From: Bdellovibrionota bacterium
GTDB lineage: Bacteria; Bdellovibrionota_C; UBA2361; JBIKWN01
Length of the DNA: 25,069 nt
Direction: 5' to 3'
Assembly: GCA_044356295.1 (NCBI GenBank)
Contig: JBIKWN010000034.1
Coordinates: forward strand, 1-25,069
Positions 1 to 7,361 of this stretch are shown in pieces. Below the pieces are notes generated by a model, which worked only from the letters and a program-made list of their open reading frames with translations, was not told the DNA's origin and did no database searches. The position numbers were made by a program, and so were the translations under genes. Every line of letters starts with the position of its first letter. Position 1 is the first letter of the stretch.

Positions 1-91
1 TAAAAAGTACTTACCTTTTTATAATCAAGAAAGAATTCATTCTAGTATCGGATACTTATCTCCGGTTCAATTTGAAGCCAATTTGTGTTAA
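1..91 (+). CDS. IS3-family transposase (OrfB), C-terminal fragment running in from the window edge
   Basis: Frame from base 2 reads KKYLPFYNQERIHSSIGYLSPVQFEANLC*, stop at 89-91. This matches the IS3 integrase-core C-terminal motif YNxxRxHSSLGYxSPxxFE. Too short to appear in the ORF track. Confidence 0.9.
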   Translation, partial: KKYLPFYNQERIHSSIGYLSPVQFEANLC

Positions 92-124
92 CTTTTACCT
101 GTCAACAAAAGTGGGTGAAGATCC
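1..124 (+). mobile_element. Right end of an IS3-family insertion sequence (IRR about 99-124), inserted in an attC site
   Basis: CTGTCAACAAAAGTGGGTGAAGATCC follows the transposase stop and resembles IS3-type terminal repeats, though it ends CC rather than the usual CA. It directly abuts the remaining part of an attC. Confidence 0.75.
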
Positions 125-198
125 TTTTGCACCATCCGAATTCAGTGGTTGGACTAAGATTTGTTTTGGTGCAAAACTTCTCATCGTAAACGTTATCC
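125..198 (+). repeat. attC site 1 (left part removed or separated by the IS3 insertion)
   Basis: Stem TTTTGCACCA/TGGTGCAAAA, 32-nt loop similar to the attC2 loop, then TAAAC-GTTATCC (R' core 192-198). Confidence 0.8.
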
Positions 199-540
199 CC
201 CAATAATCTCGCCAAGCCCTTCAATAACGAGATTCATTTCCTCGGGAGTTGCTTTTCCAATTTTTGCTGTGAGCCTTTCAGTCGAAAGTGTTCTTATCTG
301 GCTAATTTTAACCCACGACTTCTTAGGTAGCTTTGTAGAAGTTAATTCTAATGTTAAAGGAAATCCTGCTCTCTGAGGTTGACTTGTGAGTGCCATTGCG
401 ATGACTGTTCCTGAACGCTCATTGAAAACATCTTGGCTCAAAACAAGAACAGGACGTAGGCCAGCCTGCTCATTGCCTCGAGTTGGTTCCAGATCTGCCC
501 AAACAATATCGCCTCGAGATACTCTTAATAATCTGGCCAT
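193..540 (-). CDS. mazF: Type II toxin, PemK/MazF family endoribonuclease
   Basis: RGDIVWADLEPTRGNEQAGLRPVLVLSQDVFN and SWVKISQIRTLSTERL motifs. The stop codon lies within the cassette's first GTTATCC core. Confidence 0.93.
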   Translation of the reverse strand: MARLLRVSRGDIVWADLEPTRGNEQAGLRPVLVLSQDVFNERSGTVIAMALTSQPQRAGFPLTLELTSTKLPKKSWVKISQIRTLSTERLTAKIGKATPEEMNLVIEGLGEIIGG

Positions 541-767
541 TCTTCTAACTCTCTTGATAGTCCTTCATTGGCAAGTTTGCGTTCGAAGCGTTTATCTAGC
601 TTAGCGCATTCCTTGGCAAGTTGAGATCGTTCAACCTTTTCAAGGGTGCTTTCAGCGGCTTTTTGGAAAGCCTGACTTCTGCTCTCGAAAGTCTTGGCTT
701 TCACCAAACGGTCTATTTTCTTCAAGACCGACTCCTCAATCGAAATGGCTACTTTTGCGTATTTCAT
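525..767 (-). CDS. Ribbon-helix-helix (CopG/NdoAI-like) antitoxin
   Basis: KVAISIEESVLKKIDRLV...SRSQAF RHH motif and acidic C-terminus (EEWPDY). Lies upstream of and overlaps the toxin gene. Confidence 0.88.
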   Translation of the reverse strand: MKYAKVAISIEESVLKKIDRLVKAKTFESRSQAFQKAAESTLEKVERSQLAKECAKLDKRFERKLANEGLSRELEEWPDY

Positions 768-773
768 ATCCTA

Positions 774-802
774 ATCATACCACTGGTCATACCAGCTATC
801 AA
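774..802 (-). promoter_or_regulatory. Sigma70-type promoter of the TA operon with overlapping direct-repeat operator
   Basis: Minus strand TTGATA-N17-TATGAT with TG extension. GGTATGA repeats at 775-781 and 787-793. The ATG is 6 nt downstream of the -10. Confidence 0.7.
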
Positions 803-819
803 TCAAAATTTCAGGCTGG

Positions 820-913
820 GGATAACAAAAGAATCCAAAAGATTTCAGGCCTTTAAGTTCGGTGGTTGCTTAAGATCCTGTTTGGCCTGAAACTTTTGAT
901 TTAAACGTTATCC
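820..913 (+). repeat. attC site 2 (intact, 94 bp)
   Basis: R'' GGATAAC (820-826) and R' GTTATCC (907-913). Arms AATC[C]AAAAG[A]TTTCAGGCC / GGCCTGAAACTTTTGATT carry the two typical extrahelical bases. GGGGATAAC is complementary to GTTATCCCC at the start of the cassette (192-200). Confidence 0.92.
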
Positions 914-927
914 CGCAAAAAACAATT

Positions 928-1353
928 ATGTCTGCTAAAATCAAAATCGCTGAAAGCGATACCGAAATTCAAAGTTGTTTTTCCGTAATGTCGCAACTTC
1001 GTCCGCACTTGTCAGCAGAGGAGTTTGTAACGGTAGTTAGAAATCAAATGAATGATGGATATATGCTCGCCTATTTGGAGGATCATGGGGTAATTCAGTC
1101 GGTAACTGGTTTTCGTTTCATGACCGTCTTGTCCGCTGGTTATCATATGCATGTTGATGATCTCGTAAGTAACACAGACAATCGTTCAAAAGGTTACGGT
1201 TCTCAGCTTTTTGACTGGCTCGTTGATCTGGCTAAATCAAAAGCGTGCAAAAAGCTCCGCTTAGATTCAGGCGTGCAGCGATTCGGTGCTCATCGATTCT
1301 ACCTAAGAAAAGGTATGGATATTACGTGCCACCATTTTGATTTGGTCCTCTAG
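928..1353 (+). CDS. GNAT family N-acetyltransferase (integron cassette)
   Basis: VDDLVS...RSKGYGSQL acetyl-CoA motif and LDSGVQRFGAHRFY. Starts 21 nt after the attC2 crossover G. Confidence 0.9.
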   Translation: MSAKIKIAESDTEIQSCFSVMSQLRPHLSAEEFVTVVRNQMNDGYMLAYLEDHGVIQSVTGFRFMTVLSAGYHMHVDDLVSNTDNRSKGYGSQLFDWLVDLAKSKACKKLRLDSGVQRFGAHRFYLRKGMDITCHHFDLVL

Positions 1354-1364
1354 GCTTAGCAGCG

Positions 1365-1462
1365 GGATAGAAATCAACGCCACGCAGAATTCTAACCCGC
1401 TGAAATTTTCTATGATTTAGAATGCGTTCTGGGTTAGAATAAGATGCTTTTAAACATTACCA
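1365..1462 (+). repeat. attC site 3 (degenerate)
   Basis: GCGGGATA (1362-1369) is complementary to the cassette start TATCCCGC. Perfect inner stem ATTCTAACCC/GGGTTAGAAT with a 32-nt loop. TTTAAAC-ATTAC sits at the same spacing as TAAAC-GTTAT in attC1. Cores mutated (AAC to AGA, GTT to ATT). Confidence 0.65.
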
Positions 1463-1479
1463 TCTTTAATAAAGTCACA

Positions 1480-2004
1480 ATGATAAAATATTTTCTATTG
1501 ATAATCGCTTACTGCTTCGTAATTGTATTTCATGCATCTGCCCAGTCTCCTTCGGATGTTCAGTTGGAGGAATTGTTTCGTGTAACTAAATCAGAAAGTC
1601 AACTACTTGATACAGCTAATCAGCTTGAAGGTAATATGAAGGCTGGTGTTCAACAGTCGCTGAGTCAAGCAAAAATTCCTCCAGCGTTACTTCCGGAGGT
1701 AAATAAGCTCATTGATTCGATACTACCAAAGGCAATTCAAAGAGCGCAGGAACAACTTTCGTGGGCAAACATGAAACCAAAATACATGCAATTATACCGT
1801 GAAACATTTACACAGCAGGATGTTGATGGAATGATTTCGTTTTATAAGACACAAAGTGGCCAGTCCGTAATCAACAAAATGCCGGCGCTTATGCAAAAAA
1901 TAATGGTAATGACTCAACAGATGATACTTCCTTCGATTGGGCAAATGAATACTGATCTGCAAAATGCCATCGTGGCGTCACAACAAGCAAGTAAGAGTAA
2001 GTAA
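1480..2004 (+). CDS. DUF2059-like secreted protein (probable cassette)
   Basis: Signal peptide (..VFHASAQ) and the motif LYRETFTQQDVDGMISFYKTQSGQSVINKMP. ATG 1480 is preferred over 1444, which lies inside attC3. Confidence 0.8.
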   Translation: MIKYFLLIIAYCFVIVFHASAQSPSDVQLEELFRVTKSESQLLDTANQLEGNMKAGVQQSLSQAKIPPALLPEVNKLIDSILPKAIQRAQEQLSWANMKPKYMQLYRETFTQQDVDGMISFYKTQSGQSVINKMPALMQKIMVMTQQMILPSIGQMNTDLQNAIVASQQASKSK

Positions 2005-2059
2005 TCCAAGGATATCCAATATTATATTAAGTTTGTAAGCGAAGGTTAGTAGACCAGAC

Positions 2060-2156
2060 GCATAAGAATAATGTCGTACTGGAAATAAGGTGTGAAATTC
2101 TGTGGCGATTTTTATTGATTAGCTGCCCCGTTTCCCGCACACTTTAAACATTACGT
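2060..2156 (+). repeat. attC site 4 (strongly degenerate)
   Basis: GCATAAG (R''-like), imperfect stem GGAAATAAGG/CCCCGTTTCC, loop AATTCTGTGG resembling attC1 AATTCAGTGG. TTTAAACATTAC is identical to that in attC3. Confidence 0.5.
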
Positions 2157-2173
2157 TTTTAAAGAGAACTGAC

Positions 2174-2701
2174 ATGAACCAACAACTTCAACCTCCCCAT
2201 CTAGTAGCTTATGAAGGTGACCTGAACGCGTTAGAACTAAGCCTAAGACGTGCTCAAAATGCAGTTAATGGTCAATCTGAAATCATTAAATCAGAAATTG
2301 TTAGCAGTCTATCACGAATTCATAAACTATCCTGTTTAATGACCGAAAATGTACCTACAAGTAGGTCAACTCAACAGTTTGGCGGAACGCATCATTATGA
2401 TCAGGGCGAGTACATTGCTGGACCATTTTCAGTTAGTTTTATAAACCATAGCTGGGCAGACTCTGGTGGTAGTGGAAGCGATCCTACAACCTTCATAATT
2501 TCTGACGGAATAACACAGATATCCTTCGAAGATTATGGAGGCGATAGTCCGATAATGCTCAAAAAAAATGGCGCTACTGTTTTGGGACATAAAGATACAA
2601 TTGATGGATCTAAAGGTTTATCAAACCTTGGAAAATATAATGAAACCCTAAAATGGCTAGTTAAACTTTGCGAAGATGTGGTTTCGTTAAAGAGCGTTTA
2701 A
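2174..2701 (+). CDS. Hypothetical protein (probable integron cassette ORF)
   Basis: 175-aa ORF between attC4 and a half attC. No family recognised. Confidence 0.7.
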   Translation: MNQQLQPPHLVAYEGDLNALELSLRRAQNAVNGQSEIIKSEIVSSLSRIHKLSCLMTENVPTSRSTQQFGGTHHYDQGEYIAGPFSVSFINHSWADSGGSGSDPTTFIISDGITQISFEDYGGDSPIMLKKNGATVLGHKDTIDGSKGLSNLGKYNETLKWLVKLCEDVVSLKSV

Positions 2702-2707
2702 ATAAAG

Positions 2708-2735
2708 AGATAACAAAAGTTCGAGCAGTTACGCC
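2708..2735 (+). repeat. attC site 5, left half only
   Basis: AGATAACAAAAG just after the stop codon shares GATAACAAAAG with the start of attC2. No right arm is present. Confidence 0.6.
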
Positions 2736-2761
2736 TGAGGTGCCCCCGTTTAACGGACATC
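2736..2761. mobile_element. Orphan IS3-family-like terminal inverted repeat
   Basis: TGAGGTGCCCCCGTTTAACGGACATC has the 5'-TG...CCCC...GGACA pattern of IS3-type ends. No transposase follows. Confidence 0.55.
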
Positions 2762-2770
2762 AATTAATGT

Positions 2771-3808
2771 CTAGTATGTTGCTAGCACACTCTGAGTTTC
2801 ATTGTCGACAAGTTTCAAGTGCTTTATAGCCCCAGATTCTGATAGTTTGCCAGTGACTGTTTGATCAAATTTTTCACGAACAAAAGGTGGCATTGCTTCC
2901 ATTGGAAAGTTTTTTAAATAAACTGTTGCAGTATCCTCAGATACTTTAAAATTTATAACTTTAGGACCAACAATTTGATGACTTTTTAGAAAAGTAACAA
3001 TAGTAGGTTCTTTATTTTGATTTCTCATCCCAGATAGTGAATCTAGAAATCCTTGGAATCTTTTTCGAGCTTCATCATTTGGAGCAAACCCTAATGCTTT
3101 TGTACCAATTGTTTTTGCTTCTTCAAATTTTTCCATTTGGCTTAGCGTAATGGCTTTAAATGCAAGAGGTTTAAAGGCATTTGGGTCTGATAAAAGAACT
3201 TTGTCTAATTCAGAAATGGCATCTTTTGGTCGACCTAAAAATGTTAAGGTTGAAGCGTAGCTGGAACGAGCTTCAAGGTCTTCAGGATGGAGTACAAGAT
3301 ATTTTTGAAAATATTCGGAAGATTTAGTAAAAACCTTTTGATTGAATGTAATGTTAGCAAGCATCAATAAGCTTTCACTATCTTTATCATCGAGCACTAA
3401 TACTTTACTCAATGTATCAATAATTTCTAATACAAGAGAAGGGGACGGATCACCTTCATTAGGAAGTAGCGACCAGAGTTCAGCTGAAAGAGCTTTTAAG
3501 TTTGAAATACTTTTTGGATTAATTTCAATCTCAGCCCGAAGTTCTTTAATCTTTTGATTATCATCAGCAGGATTTTTTTGATTTGCCGATGCATGGTTAC
3601 TTACAGATTGTGTAGGTTTTTTGCCAATGAAACGATCGCTATATGTAATTAAAATTGAACTGCCAATAATACCAATAATAATTATTACGAAGAGTGGTAG
3701 TAATCGAATATTATTTTTTTTTGAGGTTTTGGTTAGCGGGCTCCCACACGATCCACAAAAGTTAGCTGATACTTCGCATTTACTTCCACATTTTGAACAA
3801 AACTTCAT
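2771..3808 (-). CDS. Zinc-ribbon, single-TM, TPR-containing membrane protein
   Basis: N-terminal FCSKCG...ANFCGSCG, TM LLPLFVIIIIGIIGSSILI, then TPR-like helices. ATG at 3808 overlaps the upstream TGA (ATGA). Confidence 0.8.
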   Translation of the reverse strand: MKFCSKCGSKCEVSANFCGSCGSPLTKTSKKNNIRLLPLFVIIIIGIIGSSILITYSDRFIGKKPTQSVSNHASANQKNPADDNQKIKELRAEIEINPKSISNLKALSAELWSLLPNEGDPSPSLVLEIIDTLSKVLVLDDKDSESLLMLANITFNQKVFTKSSEYFQKYLVLHPEDLEARSSYASTLTFLGRPKDAISELDKVLLSDPNAFKPLAFKAITLSQMEKFEEAKTIGTKALGFAPNDEARKRFQGFLDSLSGMRNQNKEPTIVTFLKSHQIVGPKVINFKVSEDTATVYLKNFPMEAMPPFVREKFDQTVTGKLSESGAIKHLKLVDNETQSVLATY

Positions 3809-5358
3809 TTTTTCTCCCAAGGCAAACCTTCATCAAGGATGACAATACGGATTATATACACTGCGACAGGTAAGCCAAGTAACAGTCCCCATGCACCAAA
3901 GAAGTGCTCACCAAGTGCAAGAATGACCAAAACAAGTACAGGATGTAAATGAAGGAAGGTGCCTACAATTTTTGGATTTAAAAGGCTTGTTTCAATAAAA
4001 TGAATTACAAGAATTCCAATGATTGCCCAAAAAGCAAGCATGAAACTTCCACCGTCTTGTATAATTGCCATAACTGCTATTGGAGCACCTGAAAGCACGA
4101 CACCAAGAACTGGAATAAAACTACTCAGAAATACAATGACAGAAAGAAATATTGTGTTTTCAATTCCAAGCATTGTTATGATTATCCAGGTAAGCAGTGC
4201 ATTAACCAGAGCGATACATCCCTGAGCTTGAAATGCACGACCAATCAAAGAAGCGAACGTATTCAAACCTGGAATAATTTCTTCATAGATATGTCCTACT
4301 CGACTTAATTTGAGACGATTGGCACCATCTCGTAATCGATCAATATCGTAGGTGATAAAAAAACTCAGCATTAAAGACAGCACCAGTTGTATAGGTAACG
4401 TGAGGAGAGCTGGAATAAGACCTGCCAGATAGTTACCAATAGCTCCAAAGAGACCAAGAACTTTTTTATCAAACTCGGTCGCTAGTTTTTCAGCCATTGG
4501 ACCTTCTTTCCATACAGAAACTAAATTATTACTTTGAAGGTATAAGAAATTAGCTTGGATAATGATCTCTTTCTCTGAAGGACTTAACGGTGACAGTACT
4601 TCTTTTTCATAAAGTTCCGAAAAAGCAATTACATCATTCAATCCAGCAGATTGATAAAGTTTTTGATACTGATTCCAGGAATATGGAGAACGATTTGTCC
4701 CATTTATTTCATGAGCGTAATACTCTTTAACAATAGCGAGATAACCGTCCTGATTGGAGTCTTTAATTCTCTTCAATAACGGAAGCTGTGCAGCAGGTTG
4801 GTCTACTGTTTTTGCTTGGCGTTTAATAAAATCACGCTCAACCTGTTGATCAACTTTCGAGCTTAGGACAGAGAAATCATCAAAAGCTTTCTGATAGATT
4901 GGTTTCTTAAGAAATTCTGAAAATGCTTGATCATATTCTGTATCACCAACAGAACCATACTGTTGTTCAAACAACCACCTTCCAACTGTTACTCGTAGAA
5001 TTGAATCAAGTGTTTTTCTTGGGCTATCCTCTAACGAGCTTACTTTTTTTATAAGTGCTTGTCCCTGTTGAACAAACTTTGGAATAAAAAATTTGCCAAG
5101 TCCATATCCAGAAAATAGTAACGTTACAAAGCAAAAAACAGTTAATGCTTTCTTTATTCTAATTGAACTTTGATTGAGGAGCTTACTACTGATAACCGAA
5201 ATGACATTACCCATGAGGTAGGCAATCAGAAATGTCATAAAGATGATAAAGAAGAAGTGACGCAGGATGTACGTTAAGATTAGGAAGACCGACCAAATAA
5301 AGAATTTACTCCAAGAAAATTTGAGTACTGTTCGGAAAAAGTTTCGTGTTTCGCCCAT
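3805..5358 (-). CDS. AI-2E family transporter (PerM/TqsA-like) with a large soluble insertion
   Basis: FLSSFIPVLG, IHFIETSLLNPKIVG, LHLHPVLVLVILALGEHFFGAWGLLLGLPVA motifs. Confidence 0.9.
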   Translation of the reverse strand: MGETRNFFRTVLKFSWSKFFIWSVFLILTYILRHFFFIIFMTFLIAYLMGNVISVISSKLLNQSSIRIKKALTVFCFVTLLFSGYGLGKFFIPKFVQQGQALIKKVSSLEDSPRKTLDSILRVTVGRWLFEQQYGSVGDTEYDQAFSEFLKKPIYQKAFDDFSVLSSKVDQQVERDFIKRQAKTVDQPAAQLPLLKRIKDSNQDGYLAIVKEYYAHEINGTNRSPYSWNQYQKLYQSAGLNDVIAFSELYEKEVLSPLSPSEKEIIIQANFLYLQSNNLVSVWKEGPMAEKLATEFDKKVLGLFGAIGNYLAGLIPALLTLPIQLVLSLMLSFFITYDIDRLRDGANRLKLSRVGHIYEEIIPGLNTFASLIGRAFQAQGCIALVNALLTWIIITMLGIENTIFLSVIVFLSSFIPVLGVVLSGAPIAVMAIIQDGGSFMLAFWAIIGILVIHFIETSLLNPKIVGTFLHLHPVLVLVILALGEHFFGAWGLLLGLPVAVYIIRIVILDEGLPWEKK

Positions 5359-5436
5359 AGTTTAAATCACCTTTTGAAGATGGTATCATCTCACCTTGGG
5401 GTTTAGCCCCAAGTCTGTTTTCGAAAGTATTATTAA

Positions 5437-7044
5437 ATGTCTTCTTATATATGGTCGTCAATCGCTGAAGCGGCAAAGCACCGCAGAACTTTTGCTATAA
5501 TTAGTCACCCTGATGCTGGAAAGACTACTCTTACAGAAAAATTGCTTCTGTATTCGGGGATGGTTCGTACTGCAGGGATGGTTCGTGGACGAAAAGGAAG
5601 CAAAGCTACGAGTTCTGACTGGATGGCAATGGAGCAAGAGCGAGGAATTTCGATTACAGCCTCTGCTATGCAATTTAACTATAAGGATACAACAATAAAT
5701 CTATTGGATACCCCAGGACACCAAGATTTTAGTGAAGATACCTATAGAACGCTGACTGCTGCGGACTGTGCCATTATGGTTATCGATGCCGCCAAAGGGG
5801 TTGAGGCCCAGACAAAGAAACTTTTTGAAGTGTGTCGATTACGTGGCATACCTGCCATGACTTTTGTAAACAAAATGGATCTACCGGCAAGGGATATTTT
5901 TGATCTTCTTTCTGAAGTTGAAAATTTACTTGGAGTAAAAGCTTCACCCTTGTATTGGCCCATTGGAAGTGGCAGAGATTTTGTCGGAGTAGTAAATCTG
6001 CAAACTAAAATTGTTTCGCTCTTCCAAAAATCTGCAGTTGGAGGTGCTGATAGAGCAATCATTGAAGAAGTCACCCTTGATAGCTTCATCAAACAAAAAT
6101 CTATTGACGAGGATCTTTTATCCCAATTACAGTTTGAACTTTCGCTTTTGGAAGAAGCTGGGAATCCTTTTGTTTATGAAGATTTTTTAGCTGGAAAAAC
6201 TTCACCAGTATTTTTTGGGTCAGCCCTTACCAATTTTGGTATTGAACCTTTTTTTGATTCTTTCGTTTCTATAGCTCCTTCTCCTCGACCTGTTATCGCA
6301 AAATCAAATACTGGTGAAGATCTTATTGTAACAAATGAAAGCGAATTTTTTAGCGGCTTTGTTTTCAAAGTTCAAGCCAATATGAACCCTAAACACCGAG
6401 ACAGTATGGCTTTTATACGGGTGTGTTCTGGTGCATTCGAAAGAGACATGATGGTGAAACATCACCGTTCTGGAAAAGATGTAAGATTGTCCCGTTCATA
6501 TGCCATGGCAGGACAAGATAGAAATACTGTTGATCTTGCATTCCCAGGTGATGTTATTGGAGTTATTAACCCAGGAGTCTTTGCAATTGGAGATACCGTT
6601 TCATCGATAGGTGGATTTCAATTTAGGGATATGCCGCAGTTTCCTCCAGAAATTATTGCACAGATTAGACCGCTTGATGTTATGAAGCGCAAAGCATTTG
6701 AAAAAGGAGTGCAGCAACTTTGTAGTGAAGGAGCAGTTCAGATGCTTCGATCATTTGATAATCCAAATGGCGCCCCCTATGTCGCAGCAGTCGGAAAATT
6801 ACAGTTTGAAGTATTACAGTATCGTATCAAAGAAGAGTACGGCGTCGACACTGCGCTTGATGTATTACCATATCGTTACAGTGCTTGGTTAATCGGAGAC
6901 CCAACAGATCTTAAGAAAACACAAAGTTCATTTCTTACACTCGATTCAAAAGATCGTGTTGTTGTCTTATTTACAGGTGAGTGGGAAAAGAATTATCTCT
7001 TGGAAAAAAATCCTGGATGCTCACTTCATGAATTTGCAAATTAA
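5437..7044 (+). CDS. prfC: Peptide chain release factor 3
   Basis: RRTFAIISHPDAGKTTLTEKLLL, SDWMAMEQERGISIT, LLDTPGHQDFSEDTYRTL, NKMD, AVGKLQFEV. Confidence 0.98.
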   Translation: MSSYIWSSIAEAAKHRRTFAIISHPDAGKTTLTEKLLLYSGMVRTAGMVRGRKGSKATSSDWMAMEQERGISITASAMQFNYKDTTINLLDTPGHQDFSEDTYRTLTAADCAIMVIDAAKGVEAQTKKLFEVCRLRGIPAMTFVNKMDLPARDIFDLLSEVENLLGVKASPLYWPIGSGRDFVGVVNLQTKIVSLFQKSAVGGADRAIIEEVTLDSFIKQKSIDEDLLSQLQFELSLLEEAGNPFVYEDFLAGKTSPVFFGSALTNFGIEPFFDSFVSIAPSPRPVIAKSNTGEDLIVTNESEFFSGFVFKVQANMNPKHRDSMAFIRVCSGAFERDMMVKHHRSGKDVRLSRSYAMAGQDRNTVDLAFPGDVIGVINPGVFAIGDTVSSIGGFQFRDMPQFPPEIIAQIRPLDVMKRKAFEKGVQQLCSEGAVQMLRSFDNPNGAPYVAAVGKLQFEVLQYRIKEEYGVDTALDVLPYRYSAWLIGDPTDLKKTQSSFLTLDSKDRVVVLFTGEWEKNYLLEKNPGCSLHEFAN

Positions 7045-7115
7045 TATATAACTCACCAATGCACTCGGCAAAACTTACCCACTAAAAATAAATTAAAAAT
7101 AATTCATTTTTACCT

Positions 7116-7142
7116 TCAGTAAAAATGAAAATGGTTCGAATA
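7116..7142 (+). promoter_or_regulatory. Possible sigma28 (FliA)-like promoter
   Basis: TCAG-N15-TTCGAATA, a loose match to TAAA-N15-GCCGATAA, upstream of flagellin. Confidence 0.3.
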
Positions 7143-7292
7143 CTATTTTTAAGAAGTAGTAGTAATTAGCGGTACGAGAAATTTTTTAAGCGGTGCATTC
7201 AGCTCTTGGCCCAAAGAGTTGTAAGCAAGTCATTAAACTGAATCACCCAAAACATTTAATAACGTAAGGTTTAGGCTGCACGTGCCCACGCG

Positions 7293-7356
7293 CAGGACGA
7301 ATTTTCGTTGGTTTCCATGGATTGGAGACTCTAAGCATTGCGTCTTTTCAAGGAGG
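7293..7356 (+). promoter_or_regulatory. GGA motifs (candidate CsrA sites) and Shine-Dalgarno in the flagellin leader
   Basis: CAGGA (7293), hairpin TCCA-TGGAT-TGGA (7314-7326) with GGA in the loop, and AAGGAGG SD (7350-7356). Confidence 0.55.
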
Positions 7357-7361
7357 AAGAG

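Noticed and set aside
161..890. Plus-strand ORFs 161-376, 386-604 and 621-890
   Set aside because: Antisense shadows of the TA genes and attC, with no recognisable motifs.
1389..1440. Stand-alone mini attC or terminator from TTCTAAC...GTTAGAA
   Set aside because: Too short for an attC and no U-tail. The spacing fits the inner stem of a larger degenerate attC (1365-1462).
1..2761. Complete integron with integrase and attI
   Set aside because: No tyrosine recombinase ORF in the window; it could lie upstream, but that cannot be seen.
7207..7224. Sigma54 promoter TTGGC...TTGT upstream of flagellin
   Set aside because: GG-to-GC spacing and the -12 dinucleotide do not fit the -24/-12 consensus.
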